Positions 24,173-39,269 of a DNA stretch of 64,000 nucleotides are shown piece by piece. Within the stretch, counting starts at the first letter, position 1. Each line of letters starts with the position of its first letter. Location of the stretch: assembly GCA_951406725.2 (NCBI GenBank), contig OX597814.1, positions 102,052,001 through 102,116,000 on the forward strand. Direction: 5' to 3'. The position numbers and the translations under genes were made by a program. Under the pieces are notes generated by a model. It did no database searches, was not told where the DNA came from, and worked only from the letters and a program-made list of their open reading frames with translations. This stretch comes from Octopus vulgaris (Eukaryota).

Positions 24173-26415
24173 ATGATATACATATTCATTATTATATTTG
24201 GTTATTTCTTGAAAATATTTACTTCAGTGACTGTAAATTGTCAGACAGATTGTCCAATTGTTTGCCACTGTACCGAAGACAAATTAAAACACTGTACAGT
24301 AACATGTACTGACAAAAATCTAACTCAAATATCCAGTTATTTTCCAGAAAATACGACATCATTAGATCTAAGTCGAAACCACATTAAAAGAATTCCTCCT
24401 GGTATTATTAGACATTTAAACTTATTAGAGGTGCTAAAAGTTGATGATAATCTTCTTGAATATTTACTGCCAAACACCTTTCAAGGTTTGTGGACCTTGA
24501 GAGAACTGTCATTGGAATACAACAAACTAACTATTAATTATTCGTCATTTCCTATAAATCTTTTCCGAAATTTAACTAAAGTGAAAATTCTAAAATTACG
24601 AGGTAACACTGTGCACAAAAACACAAAATTTATTGATAGAACTATATCTCATCTAACTGCACTGGAAGATTTATACATGTCAGGTGGTCAGTACTTTATC
24701 TTTGGAGCAGGATATAAGAATTTGACAAAATTAAAATATATTAATTTTGCCTCAAAAAGGAACAATTCAGTTATCAGATATATTACAAAATATGCATTTA
24801 AAAATGTTCCCAAAATAACCCATTTGAATTTAGATTATTGCCATATAGATGTTATTAACACCGATGCATTCTCACATTTTGAACATTTGCAAGTCCTACG
24901 CATTTCATTTAACCATCAAATTCTGCTGTATAGGATTGCACTGAGTTTCCGGTATCTAAAAAACCCAAGTAAATTCCAAACATTATATTTTAGTAATATA
25001 AAATTAAATGTAGGAACTGGCATTATTATTGACGAGCATTTTACAAAGCCTTTACATAAATCTGGATTGAAGAAGATTGTTTTAAATTCAGATCATATTG
25101 AAATAATTTCTTGGAATAGCATTCTCTCCTTGCCCAACACTTTGGAATACGCTTATTTGAGAAACAACCAATTAACATACGGAGAATATATCTTTCAAAT
25201 TAAGGCTTTACCCAACATTAAATTAATCGACATTAGCATGACATTATCATATAGAAAGCTACCATTTATTCGAAGTGAATTATTCAATAGCGATATTATA
25301 TACAGTTATGCAATCCCTAAATCTCTTAAAACATTCTTACTACAAGGTTGCCACTATCAATTTCCGATACCACCATTCCATATAAAAGATGCAAATGCAA
25401 TAAGATTAATTAATGCAACGAATAATTTATTTTGTCCATGGAGTGGCCCAGTCCGAGGCTTAGAGCAATTACAAATTCTGGATTTAAGTCACAACCAATG
25501 CAATAATATCAGCAACGAATTCTTCACATATTTCACTGGTCTGCGACTTTTGAATATCGAAAATAACGCAATAGGAATTTCAGGTCAAGTTGCCGAAGAA
25601 GGTTTCAGCAAAGTTTTTCTAAATTTAACCAGCCTCGAAGAATTACATCTTTCAAATAACCACATTCAATATTTATCAAACAACAGTTTGTTACAGCTGA
25701 AAAATCTCAGAATCTTAAATTTACGCAACAATTTATTGGAATCTTTTGATGTAAAGATTAGTCATATGTTAAATTTATCATATTTAGATTTATCTAAAAA
25801 CATTTTACAGGAACTGTCGGAAAACACTTTTAATGCTATTGAAAAGATATCTGAACACCATAAATTCACTGTTAACATCCAAAGCAATAATTTGAAATGT
25901 GGTTGTGCACAAATAAGATTTCTCACTTGGCTGCACAAAGTACGGAATTCAGGTCGTTTGAAAATAATGTACTCGAAATGTACTCATCCTAACGGAACAG
26001 TATGGAAGTTGGAAGGAGATCGGCTTGTTAGGATCGTAAGCTTTCTGAATCACACTTGTTCAGCCTTGATAGGGATAATAATTGCGATAAGTTTTGGTGT
26101 TGTAATACTGATTATATTTCTAGTTGCCTCACTCATTTACCATTTTAGATGGAAGCTACAATATTTATATTACATGATCAGAGAAAAGTATTCCTACAAA
26201 CGACTCACTCCCGATGAATATATTTACGATGCATTTGTGATTTATGCCGACGAAAATCGAGATTTTGCATTAAATTATTTGATTCCAGAATTGGAAGAAA
26301 AAGAAAACTTACGTTTGAATATTCATCATCGGGACTTCCCTGTTGGAAAATTGATATCAGAAAATATATTATCAGCAATCCAATCTAGTCGAAAATGTAT
26401 TATTTTATTAAGCAG
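24173..26415 (+). CDS. Toll-like receptor copy 2, exon 1
   Basis: ATG 24173 (MIYIFIIIFGY); same domain order and length (2243 nt) as the other copies; donor AG|GTAAGA at 26415/26416. Confidence 0.96.
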
Positions 26416-26444
26416 GTAAGAAACCCCCATTAAAATTATAGCAT

Positions 26445-26480
<36 letters not shown>

Positions 26481-28719
26481 CTTCCTAATTTTCAAAGTAC
26501 GATGGGTTGCTGAAAAACTCCTGGTTTTAAGGGTACCACGAAAGGCTTCGTTGGAGGCCCAATCTTCCGAGTTCTTTAACAGAGCTTAGAAAAACTGAAG
26601 GATCGCAGCAATAAGTGTGTGAATCTGAGGGGAGAATATGTTGAATAAAATGATGCTTAACTCATCCACTTCTATTTTCTTTTAACCACAGCCAGGAACT
26701 TTTCAGCAGCCCCTCGTTCAAAGCAATTATTAGCATTATTTGTATTATTAACAGATATCACATTCAACACATATTTTGAGTACTAACTATAATATATATT
26801 CCTTTCTTTAGCACAATTAATTTGACATAAAACAAAAGAATTTAATGCATGGTTTAACTAACTCGGTAATAATTAGAAGCATTAATATCACTTAACATTT
26901 CCGTGGGTCCGTGTTTAAAAAAAGTTTTGGATCAAGAAGGATATGTAGAGGGATTAAAAGTGTAAAAGAGTAGCAGTTGTGTAAGGGTGATTGTGAGTTA
27001 CGAAAATGTCTGCTACGTCAAACTGTACTATCTACCCCATGTTCAATATACTACATAATATTAAAAAGTATATATTATATATATACGTAGATGTACGTAC
27101 ATGTATGTATGTATGTATGTATGTATGTATGTCATTTTTCAGCGTATTTCAAGATTTCTTGCCTATAGAGAAAGAACCGGCTTCTAACCTAGATGCTTCA
27201 TTGGAATTTCAAAGTCGACAACAAGGTATTTTTGATTGTATGTATGTATGCATGCATGTATGTATGAATGTATGTACGTATGTATGTATGTATGTATGTA
27301 TGTATGTATGTATGTATGTATGTATGTATGTTTGTATGTATGTATGTATGTATGTATGTATGTATGTATGTATGTGTGTACGTACGTACGTATGTATGCA
27401 CGCATGCATATATGTATGTGTGTGTATGTATGTATTATGTATGTATGTTTGTATGTATGTATGTATGTATGTATGTATGTATGTATGTATGTATGCATGT
27501 ATGTATGCACAGCTTTGTTTCGTGCATGTATTCTCATGCATAATGAGAAACTGCTGAAAAGTTTTACACATTTCTATAGTTCCAGTAAGAGATTGGATCT
27601 GTAGTCTTCAAATTAGCATGTATGTACGTACGTATGTATGCATGCATGCATATATGTATGTGTTTATGTATGTATGTATGTATGTATGTATGTATGTATG
27701 TATGTATGTATGTATGTATGTATGTATGTATGTATGTATGTATGTATGTATGTATGTATGCTAATGCCAAGAGATTCTTTAGGGAATAAACTCCGATATC
27801 CAACAACTAACATTATGTCCACTAATTTAAGTATTCCTGGTTTCAGATAAAAATAATAAAGTTTATACAAGTATTAAACTATTAGTGACATCTAACTTGG
27901 GTAGAATAGTTTTCTCTGACGCTTCTACTGTAAAGGGATAATCTATTTGTTCAACATGATTTTGGCAGAATTCACTCAAATAGATTACTCTTGCATTGGT
28001 GTCATTTGAAATTGCTTAGGATGTTCACTCTCTGTATTACGCTACAATACAACATTGCACACAGTCCTGTATCTAATATTGCCAAAATATCTGGACAGCT
28101 TAACATTCTTTATCTGTAATTATGATATAAAACTTGTCTTTGAAGTCCTTAGTTGCCCTTAACAAATTCCGAAATGCCACCAATATCGTAGGTTGATTCA
28201 GAATTTTGTTGTCTCCTGATTTCCGGCAGTTTCTACTAGTCATCATCTTTCTACTAACGTGAAAATTGCAATTAATAGACTGTTTCCACAACACATTTTA
28301 CATTTACAGTAGGGAGTAACGGTCACCTACCAGACTTCAATGGGAGTGGAAGTTAAAAAATTCAAGAATATGTCGAAATATTACATCTGAATATTTTCTA
28401 TTGAACAATTGTTAAGAGTCTCTAAAACTTCGCACCTCATAGGAACTGGAACAGTTCAAATTTAGGCATATATCTTTATGCGAACGGAATTACAAAATCT
28501 ACTGCACAATAAAGTGCAGCAAGTTGAGTCGTAGAAGTTTAACAAAAATATTTCTACATAATCAGCACACCGAGTACATCTTATAATATAAAATAATACT
28601 TGGGAAAATGAACATTATGAAACTACAAATAGCAATATTTATTAGAAGTCCATTTGAAGAATTAAGAGACTATTTCAATACAGAATTGTTCATTGATATT
28701 TTATTATGTTCTCTTGCAG

Positions 28720-28960
28720 ATATTTTGTGGAAAGTAAATGGTGTATGTTTGAATATAACTTAGCTAAAATGGAATATATTCATACCGAAAGAAATATAGT
28801 AATTATTGTGGTACTGGAGCAGGTACCACACAGACAGCTGCCATTACCAATTCTTGAACAGATAAAGAATCAGAGTTACATTGAATTTCCAAACGAAAAT
28901 GAGATTGCCCAAGAAATGTTCTGGAAAAATCTAAAACATTCTATACAGCTAAAAGATTAA
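28720..28960 (+). CDS. Toll-like receptor copy 2, exon 2 (TIR C-terminal part)
   Basis: Acceptor CTCTTGCAG ends at 28719; 241 nt to TAA; in frame with exon 1. Confidence 0.95.
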
Positions 28961-29413
28961 TGTATTTAAATTTGTTATAATTACAATTTACAGTCATCAA
29001 GAAAAGATGCTTATAATTTTAATGAGGTAGGCAATAAAATATTTTGAACTTTGGAATTGTTATTTATGACTATTAAAATACTAGAATGGATATGAAAGTT
29101 AATTTGCACAAGAATTAATAAAGATTACATTAAAAGTGGAACGACAGATGTGAGTATCTTATTAAAATGCTCAAGTTAAACTACTATTTTATGAACTGAA
29201 ACAAACTAGCTAATTTAATTAATTACTACAGATGTTGGATATCAATAATAATGATGCAGTATATTGATATGATTATGCTAATACAAATTTAATTAATGTA
29301 AAATGATCTGTGTTGAATTTGGTGTCAGGAAGCGGGGAAAACAATGCACATGCAGAACTAATAATAAGATTTCCTGCAGATGTAAACTTTGAATAAAAGA
29401 AACAAGATACACG

Positions 29414-29495
<82 letters not shown>

Positions 29496-32400
29496 TGTGT
29501 GTGTGCGCGCGTGTGTGTGTGTCAGTTAAAAATAGCGACATAAAATAATCGTTGCTTTGATGCATTTGTCCTTGATTTTTCAACTGACTGGAAATGATCT
29601 TCTGCACCAAACCGTAAATTTGTCGAACTGACTGATATATTATAATAACGACCCAATAACCAGAGATGTGACAAAAAGCCTTGCGGGCAAAGGAGAAGTT
29701 ATCTATTTACAACAGGAGCCGTGTTTGTAACGAATAATAATTAGCATATTCAATCAAAATTCGGTATGATGTTTAGAACGCCTTGAATTTCATGACACGT
29801 ACAAATTAAGGACGGACTATATCGGCTGACCGAATGAGAGTCTGCAGCGGTGGATGGCATTATCATATTACGTGATTTCACTGTTGATTGCGGATCATCA
29901 GTGATACCCAAACTATTCTCTATATAAGTGTAGATTAAAATATATTCAGTGACATACTTAACGTGTTTAGCAAACCCTTTACAATAGTTATTGTCACTGT
30001 ACGAGTTCCCAATGACAAGCGGGGAGAGGGCGGAAAGGAAGGTAAATAAATGCCTTCGAAGACAACAGGCCTGTACATAAGATCCTTCCTGTACTTACTG
30101 TACAAAGAGATCAAAGAGGGTCACGAAAGAGATCAAAGAGGGTGCCGAAAGAGATCAAAGAGGGTGCCGAAAGAGATCAAAGAGGGTGCCGTAAGAAATC
30201 AAAGAAGGTGCCAAAAGAGATCAAAGCGCGTGCCGAAAGAGATCAAAGAGGATGCCGATTGAGATCAAAGAGAGTCCCGAAAGAGATCAAAGATGCTGCC
30301 GAAAGAGATCAAAGAGGAGTCCCGTGTCGTGTAAGCGGTTGTGGCTACTATGATGTGCAGGTTACTTGATACAGGAAATTCTCGCAGGTTAAGCTTGCTT
30401 TTAACCATGGTGACGTATTCACAAACAGCCTGAAGATAAACCACAGCGAAGTTGCTGTGTATGTAGAGATTTTGTTGTCGTTAAGATGAAGGCAACCGAG
30501 ATGGAGGCAACGTTAAGATAAAGGCGACGGAGGTGGAGGTCCGGAAATACTTCTGGTAGTGTTTGTCGCTGAACTGGCTGTCACTGGAACTGGCTGTGTC
30601 ACTCTGTGGTCAGTGGTCTAGAACCAAAGACGCTCGCCTCGATGAATTGCTGTGTTTTATAGTAAATGATAGGCTCAAACGGAGCTTTAGAAAAACTGTG
30701 TCACAGGACCTTATCATAAGGCTGCGATTGATTGGATTGCACATTGGCGCGTAATACAGCAAGAGACAAACTGCGCCAATACCAATCAATTAGAGTAGTG
30801 GATGCAACAGGGTCCAAACGGCCGAGGTTAGCTGTTATCTGCTACGTTCGTAGGGTGCCGAAAGAGATCAAAAAGGGTCCCGAAAGAGGTCAAAGCGGGT
30901 CCCGAAAGAGATCAAAGAGGGTGCCGAAAGAGATCAAACAGGGTCCCGAAAGACATCAAAGAGGGTCCCGAACGAGATCAAAGAGGGTGCCGAATGAGAT
31001 CAAAGAGGAGTCCCGAAAGAGATCCCGAAAGATTGCGTTTCCCTCAGGAAACAGTTCCGCAGCCATAGGATGAATTTGATCAGATAAAATGCTTAATTAG
31101 ACTTGATTATAAATTCTGCCATGAAGGGCCAGCGGATTTCCAAGATATAGCCCCCCAAGATCATCACAGATTCTCCACTATGTTGGAAGAAGGTAGCCTG
31201 GGTCACATGCATCTTTTGGTTGTGTCTACACGTATACTCGGCCGGTGGTTGGAAATAAGGTAAAGGATGACTCATCCAAGAAAATAACATTCTTCCACTG
31301 CTCTAGGGGCCATTTCTGTAGGTATTTACTCCACTCTAAACGCTTTGTGCAGCTCCCGGCGAACAGTTTTTGTGGAAATTGAGTTCTCGAGGTGGTCATT
31401 AAGCTCTGCAGTAATTTTGGGAGCTGAACTTTTGTGATCTTTTCTAGCAATTCGCGTAGGGGTCCGACGGCCCCTATCTGTAAGTTTTGGATTGACACCT
31501 ATTATTTTCTTCTGCCACCCTAAATTGTAGTAGGTTTTAGGTATGCATATTTTCCTTAAATTCATTCTGCCAAAAACACAGCAAATTGAAACAATGCAAT
31601 TATTTTAGTCTCTTGTACTGATTAAATTTTGCTAAAAAATAATGGTTTATCCTTAATGTTGGAAATCTATACGGTGGTCTGCTTTTGAGAAGAGCGGTTT
31701 AATTCAAACTGAAATAACGTTTTCATTGATCGATTAAATAGAGCCTTTCTCTTTTCTAGCACCATCCCTTTGTCTTAAACCCGATGTAACTTGATCCATC
31801 CTTGTCCTTCCATTCACATTCCCAATATTTTTTTTTATCAACAGTTCTTTGCCTATATTTACAAATGTTTGCAATTCTTATAGAAAGATAATAGTGACTG
31901 AAATTTGTAGCAATTTTTCATTCCCTAACCAGACGGGCATATATGAACAAGACAGCCAAAACTCAGGAGACACAACTTTATGTATGGATGTACCTGATGA
32001 AACCTAGACTGCAAAATGGATGTATCACATGCTGATCGGAGTCCCACCCACAAAGGACATTAGAAGGATGGGCCTCAGCAACCCGTTATTCAGCAGCAAA
32101 TACCGCCTGCTTTCGTTTCGCCATCTCGTCTCATTTCACCCAACCCTACCGTAGTAAAACGGGATTCACTACAACAGACTACTACCATTACGACAGGTCA
32201 AAATCCGCTTCAACAACAACAGTCTAATATTACTACTACTACATCAGTGATATTGAATAACGATTTTCCCTCTAAGCCACATGCCAATATAGAAAACCCT
32301 CCTCCACTTCAAAAAACCTGCCGTTATCCGTTTCAAGGTATTTCTTAATTTGGCCCCAGCAGCACCACCAACAAGGGACACTACCCTTTCTCTCATACTC

Positions 32401-34870
32401 CCCTATGTTGTAGTGTCTACACTTGTTAGCTGCGCTTGTCCATATGGTATAAATGGAAAAAAGACTGCCTCCAGCTACTCTCCCAAATATAGAGCCCGTG
32501 TCCCTGACGCTAAACACGGATGCACAAAAGGCAACAGGTGTACGTTATTACATCCTAGGCTCTGTCAAATTTCTCTGTCTCTAAAGATATGCCTGAATTT
32601 GGAACGTAGTTATCACCATCTGAAAGGCTGAAGACGAATGAAAAATAAACAGCAAAAGGCAAGTGCAATAAATATAAATTCAACCATATTCCATCACTTA
32701 ACACGGACCAACGAAAAATCCCATCTATCAGAAGGAACTATGGGAAAATCATAACATCAAGTAATATAAACAAGTACAATATATCACCTGATTGAATGGC
32801 TAACCAATGAGAAAATTCCCTTTTACAGTTCCACTCATATTGATATAATATGGCAGCGCTTTGAGAACATTGTCTCTCATTCATGCTCTAAATACGCACG
32901 AAATTCACTAGCACGAACAGAAATAGGCTCCCAAGAGAGAAAAAGACACTCATAGGGAAAATCAAAAGGCTAAGAAAAATCAACCAGTTAAAATACTACC
33001 ACCAACAACGTCCACTCTGAACAGCATTAAGAAGGCTTGAGTTGGGAAAACAGAATCTGCAGATCAGTATGTAAAACCTACAACGACAATCAATGCGCTA
33101 GAGAGGAAAACTGGGTAATCGAAGGAATCAAACAGGATCCGAAAGTGTTCTATTAATATGTCAACAAGCATAGGGCCGCTGTCTCACCAGTTGGTCCACT
33201 GACTAATGATAACAGCTGTCTTCAGCATGACGCTAAAGAAATGGCCGAACTACTGCAGGAACAATGCTGCTCTGTCTTTCGTGATCCCACAGATATTGAT
33301 GCAAGGGATGTGAACGAAGTTGATCCTCAACATATTATCTCGGACACATCTTTTACTGCATCAGATATCACAACAGCAATGAATGTAGGCCCTAATAGAT
33401 TCCTCGCTAATATCCTAAATGAATGTGGACTCCAGCTTGCAATCCCACGTACCAACATCTGAAAAAAATCTTTAGACTCAGACTATATACCGCAACACTT
33501 CTTATCCCAATTTGTCATGCCGGTCTTCAAAAAGGATTAAAAAATGTCTCTCGCTATCAACTATCGTCCAAATTCCCTCACCCTCCATATCAACAATGTG
33601 TTTGAAAAGTGATGAAATTAACGATAACTGGCCTTCTGGAAAGTTACAACCTTCTACCCAGCATGACTTCTACTGCGGCAAGGACAGTCTAACACGGCCG
33701 TCACAGCATATCGACGATGTCCTTAAACACTTTGGATCATGTTCGAACTCTGATCTCAAATATCGTGACTTCAGTTAAGCGTTCGTGAGAGCCCACCACA
33801 ATAACCTCCTGTGAAAATTGTCAAATACTGGAACCCGTGGAAAACTGCCAGATTGGATTGACTACTTCCTGGTGAACAAAATACATGCTGTGATCGGTGG
33901 AGTTCATTCATGCCCAGAAAGAGTCACCAGTGGTGTCGCTCCGGGGATTGTTTTGGTCCCATCTCTGCTTATTGTCTATATAAACATCTCAAACGTCATC
34001 GAATAGAGTAAACATATTCGCAGATCACATCAAGCTCTTAAAAATTATCGAGACCGAACTGAACTTCAGACGGATATACATGCTGCAAGCCAACTGGCAG
34101 ACAAAAACAAAATGTGGTTAAATGAGAGGAAATTTGAACTTACGCTTTTTGGAAAAAGACTACGTTTAACCTAACAGATTCTCTTCAGTCAGAGGAACCA
34201 GCCACAGCATCCTATAGTATTGAGTAATTTAAGATTGGTCTCCCCACACAAAGCAAAAGATTACAAGACTTGAGTAATCCCAGAAAGCATTCACTAAAAA
34301 AATTAAGGGCATGCCTGATTTTGATTATTGGGACCACTGTGAAACATTGAAACTTTATTTACTCCAAGCTGTTGTGAGCGCTACATCTTTTGGACAATGT
34401 GGAAAATATATCACCGGCATACGACCTTAACATTAGATTCAGAATTTATCCAAGGCTGGGACCACGTGGTGTATGCCTCCTACACTATTCAGGATCACAG
34501 CACATAAATTCACTGCAACACAATTTCTTTTCCTCGATAGGTCCTGCTGTATTTTAACATTATCCCAAAACAAATCAAAGAGGAAAAAGATACCATCACC
34601 TTCAAATGAATCGTGGACAGATTTCTTCAAGGAATAACAGATAAGCCACTTATACCTGGATACATCTCAGTCAACAACTCCTTACTTGAACGGGCAATGA
34701 TAACACAAAACCTAACCAACACATGACTAAACAGATCCTATTGAGTGTTGCTATTAATTTAGACATGCTCTGGGCCAATCTTTGGCTGAAACATATCGAA
34801 GTTATCTATCTATTTATGTAGCTATCTAGCTATCTGTCTGTTTGTCTGCTTGTCTATCTATCTATCTATA

Positions 34871-34913
<43 letters not shown>

Positions 34914-37900
34914 ATCTTTCTTTTCTGACAGTCTGTCCGTATGTATGTATGTATGTATGTATGTATGTATGTATGTATGTATGTATGTATGTATGTATGT
35001 ATGTATGTATGTATGTATGTATGAATGTAGGCTTGTGTGTATGTAAGACTCTTCCGTACTTAATTATTTAGATTCTTCCTCTGAAAAATGTTGATAACGA
35101 AAACAATGTCACATATTAAACCTGAGAAATGTCTTAGTGTTCCGCTTATAGACTGCATTTGCAATGTGGAAATACGTTGGTTGATTGCGTTTTCTAAAAC
35201 ACCAAGCTTATCCAGACTTACAGTTAGTTATTGGTATAAATATAAATTTGCATTCCGGATATAGAAGCTGGAAGTTTCGAAGCAGTTTTCCGTAGTTAGC
35301 TTCTTTGTCTTTCATTTTCAAAGAGATATTCACATCAGCAGGACAGCTAGTCTCTATGACGGAACATACTTTTTCTTGTCTGTTCCAAACAACAATATCC
35401 GGCATGTTATGCTTGCAATTGACAGATGTTTTGACGGGTATGTTCCGCCAGTATTCCTTATGTTGATATTTGTGTACGTATTCAATAACAGAGGGATTCT
35501 CTACATTTGTTCCAGGACAATCTTGTTTTTCAAATGGCATTTTTAGCAACATTCTTATGTTTCATAGAGAGGCTGTGCCTTGGTGATATTTTTTGGACAG
35601 CCGCTAATCACATGTGTGGTGTCTTGCACAAAAATATAACATTATTTACATTTAAGCTGATTCTTGGAACTCCAAAGGCCTCACTGTCTCTTTTGTTGAT
35701 GAAGTATTTAGTAGTGATCTCCTGTTCTTGGATTGTAAATGAAGAGCCTTTGAAGTGGGATGTGATGTAGCAGTCACTAGTTCAAGAGAGATTTCGCTTC
35801 ATGTCAATGTTCCTATCTTCTTCAAGTAAACGAGAAACATACCCATACATAGTCGTTTTTCTTGGTATGCTGAGCATTTCACCTCCAGGGTTTCTTTGAG
35901 CTATGTTAGTCCAGCTGATTTGGGGTTGCATGGGAGGTCATTAGGACTAGGAACTCACTTCCAACACGTAGGATATTGTTTTCTTCACTTTTCAGCATTT
36001 AGTTAATGTATATATTTTTGTTGCAGTTGTTGTTTAACAAGTGCTGTCTGAGACATTTAAAGGCTCTCTACACTGAGCTAAAGCCTCTACTTCCTTTGTC
36101 TCTTCTTATGTAGAACTTGTCGATATCACTATTTTTGTTTTGTTAAGATTTCCAAATGAGGTTAGATTCTTGAGGGTTAAAATGTCTATGGAGTGGATTT
36201 CTACTTCAGACCAGTCGATTATCTCGAATGTTGGAAACAGTACAGGTACTGCTAATGCGCTGTGAGATATTGTCTTGTTCTAAAAGGAGAATTCAGACTA
36301 CCATATTTGTTTTAATCTGGTTTAATATTCTTGGATAACGCACATTTTCATCAATGCCAAGGTACAAGTGGCATTTTGTGGCAGACGAGATTGAGGATTT
36401 TTATACAACTCTTCGTTCAACCATTGAGCAAGTACCATACTTTTCTAGTTATTGCTGGTTATCTGAATGCTAAACTAGGACCCGATAAGACCAAGTTTAC
36501 TCTCAACTCTAAAACTAATCGGAACGGGGAAATGCTCAAAGACTTTTTAGAGGAATTTAATCTTTACGCCTCCAACAATTATTTTATGAAACCAAAAGGA
36601 CAACTTTGGACATTCGAGTATCCATCTGGTGACAGGGCACAAATTGACTACCTCATTTTTCGAAAGAAGTGGCGAAATAGTGTCAAAGACTCGAGATCCT
36701 ACTCTTCCTTTAGTTCTTTTGGTTCCGACCACAAAATTGTATCAGCTACCGTTAAGCTTATTCTTCGCTCATCCAAAAAAGCTAAGCCTCATCATATAAA
36801 AACGATCGACTGGAAGGAAGTCTCGTCTAACCCCGATATGTCCAAGCAATTTACTATTGAGGTCTATAACAAATTTCAATCTTTGTCTACTTCTGAAATA
36901 GATGGTGAGAACATTGAAGAAGTTTACAGTAGCCTCATCAAATCAACAGAGGAAGTTGCACTGGCTACTCTACCCAAAAAGTAGAGAAGAGACCAGAGCA
37001 GGCCTTCAAATTCTCCAAATGTCATCGAAGCCAGAAACCATCTAAAGTCTATATCACTAGCTTACCACCGTTCTCCATCCCAGTCACTGAAGATCCAACT
37101 CATAACTGCCAAGAAGAATCTTGATGATGTTTACTTGAACGCCGAAGTCGACTCTATTAACGGCAAAATTAGCAAACTATCCAAAGAGCACATTAGTAAA
37201 AAACACAGTCTTGCCTGGAAATCTATCAAAGACCTATCAGGCAAAAATTCTGGGTCATCAATTAGAATCAAAGCGGGATCAGCTAAGAAGCGTTTAGAAA
37301 ATTGGTCAATTCATTTTTAAAACCTTCTTGGAAAGAATGCCACAATCCCCGATAACCCCACTCTTCCAAGTGTGCCTATATCAGATACGCTGGACATCAA
37401 CACCTTCCCTTTTACCATATTTGAACTAACAGCAGCCACTAAACAACTGAAAGCCTCGAAAACTTTTGGTCCCGACAACATCCCAGCTATAATTTGGAAG
37501 GATGATAGATTTCACGTACTTTTGCTAAATCTTTGCAAACACACACTTTCCACTTTTATAGCTCCAAAGATTTGGCACCAATCTCAAATCATCCTAATAC
37601 CCAAAAAAGGCGATTTATCCCTCGTCACCAACTACAGGGGTTTATCTCTAATGTCAATTGATGCAAAATTGTACAACAAACTGATTCTAAACCGTCTCGT
37701 CCCTTTTGTTGAACCTTTGCTCCGAAAGAATCAAAATAGATTCAGACATGGGCGCTCAACGTTGAGCCAAATACTATGCCTACGCAGACTCATTGAAGAA
37801 TCAAAAGCATTTAATCGCGATCTTGCAATGGTGTTTGTAGACTTTTCTAAAGCGTTCGACTCTGTAGATAGGTACAAGATGTTTGAAATCCTTAAGCTCT

Positions 37901-39269
37901 ATGGGATTCCAGACAAAATCATTTCTGCCATCAAGGTCCTCTACACAGATACGTCTTCAACCATCTTAACCCATGATGGGGAAACATCATCTTTCTCAAT
38001 CTGCAAGGAGACACACTCGTCCCATTTCTCTTGTCGTTGACTATGTGCTACGTATGTCAGTTGATACCATTTCTTGTAAGGGCTTTGAAATAAAACCTAG
38101 AAGAAGTTCCAGACACCCAGCTGAACACTGAACGGACACTGACTTTGCTGACGACATCGATCTTATCAGTGATTCTCTCTCCAATGCCCAGTCTCTTTTA
38201 CAATCTCTTAAATAAGCATCAAATTGTGTATGTCTTTACCTCAATGAGTCCAAGACTGAATATGTAAACAAGTGCCTGTCCAACAGTGATTTCATCATCC
38301 ATACTCTCAACAATACCCTCTTAAATATGGTTTCTGATTACAAATATCTTGGGTCATACATATCATCATCTGAAAAAGATTTTCTAACTAGAAAGTGTAT
38401 GGCCTGGTCAGCCTGTAATGATATGCATAAGATCTGATCATCAAATCTAAGTAGGGATTTCAAACTTAAAATCTTCAAAGCCACAGTCGAACCAATTCTA
38501 CTATATGGCTCAGAAGCCTGGGCGTAATCAAAGAAGCTTGAGAGGCGGTTGGATAGAACTTACACTCGCCTCCTTATGAGAGCTCAAAATCTCTCGTGGA
38601 AGTACAAATATATGAGAAATTACCACTTGTATCATCTCTTGTGAAAGGTAGAAGAGTTCAGTTTGCTGGACATTGTTGTAGAGCTGAAAACGAGGTAATT
38701 TCTACTCTTCTCCTCTGGAAGCCATCTGCTTGCGATACCAGAGGGCGCACACTCTCATACCCTGATGTAATCTCCAGGGATACAGGCATCCAGCACCGGG
38801 ACCTCCGTAATGCTATGATTGACCGTGAAGTCAGGTGTACCATAGTAAATTCCATTGTCTCGACCACGGTCGAACAATGATGATGATGAAAACAACTATT
38901 TTGGCATTCGTTCATCCGCCATTTGAACAATATGCCCACATCATCTTATTTGGTTCCTCAAAATCATAGCTTTAATTGGGGTGGTGCCTGCATATGCAAG
39001 GACATCTGTGTTTGGAGTAAAAGAAATCTATTTAATGTTTAAAATGCGATGAAGGCATTTTAGTTACAATTATTCTAACAATTTAAAATGTCTTTCATAA
39101 CAAGACCATATTCCACAAGGATACAGCAGGGATGGTAAGACAAATGATTTGTAAAGAGCCAGCTTTTTATTCTTATTAATATGTCGCAGGCACCAAACGC
39201 GTGACTCCAAGCCACGAAATGCTCTTGCTGCCCTTTGAATTCGTTTTGAATTTCAGTCTAGTTAGATTT

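Larger units (their letters stand above)
6679..30847 (+). repeat. Tandem segmental duplication unit (~24.2 kb) containing TLR copy 2
   Basis: Collinear with 30848-58169; anchor CTGCTACGT ends at 6678, 30847 and 58169. Confidence 0.9.
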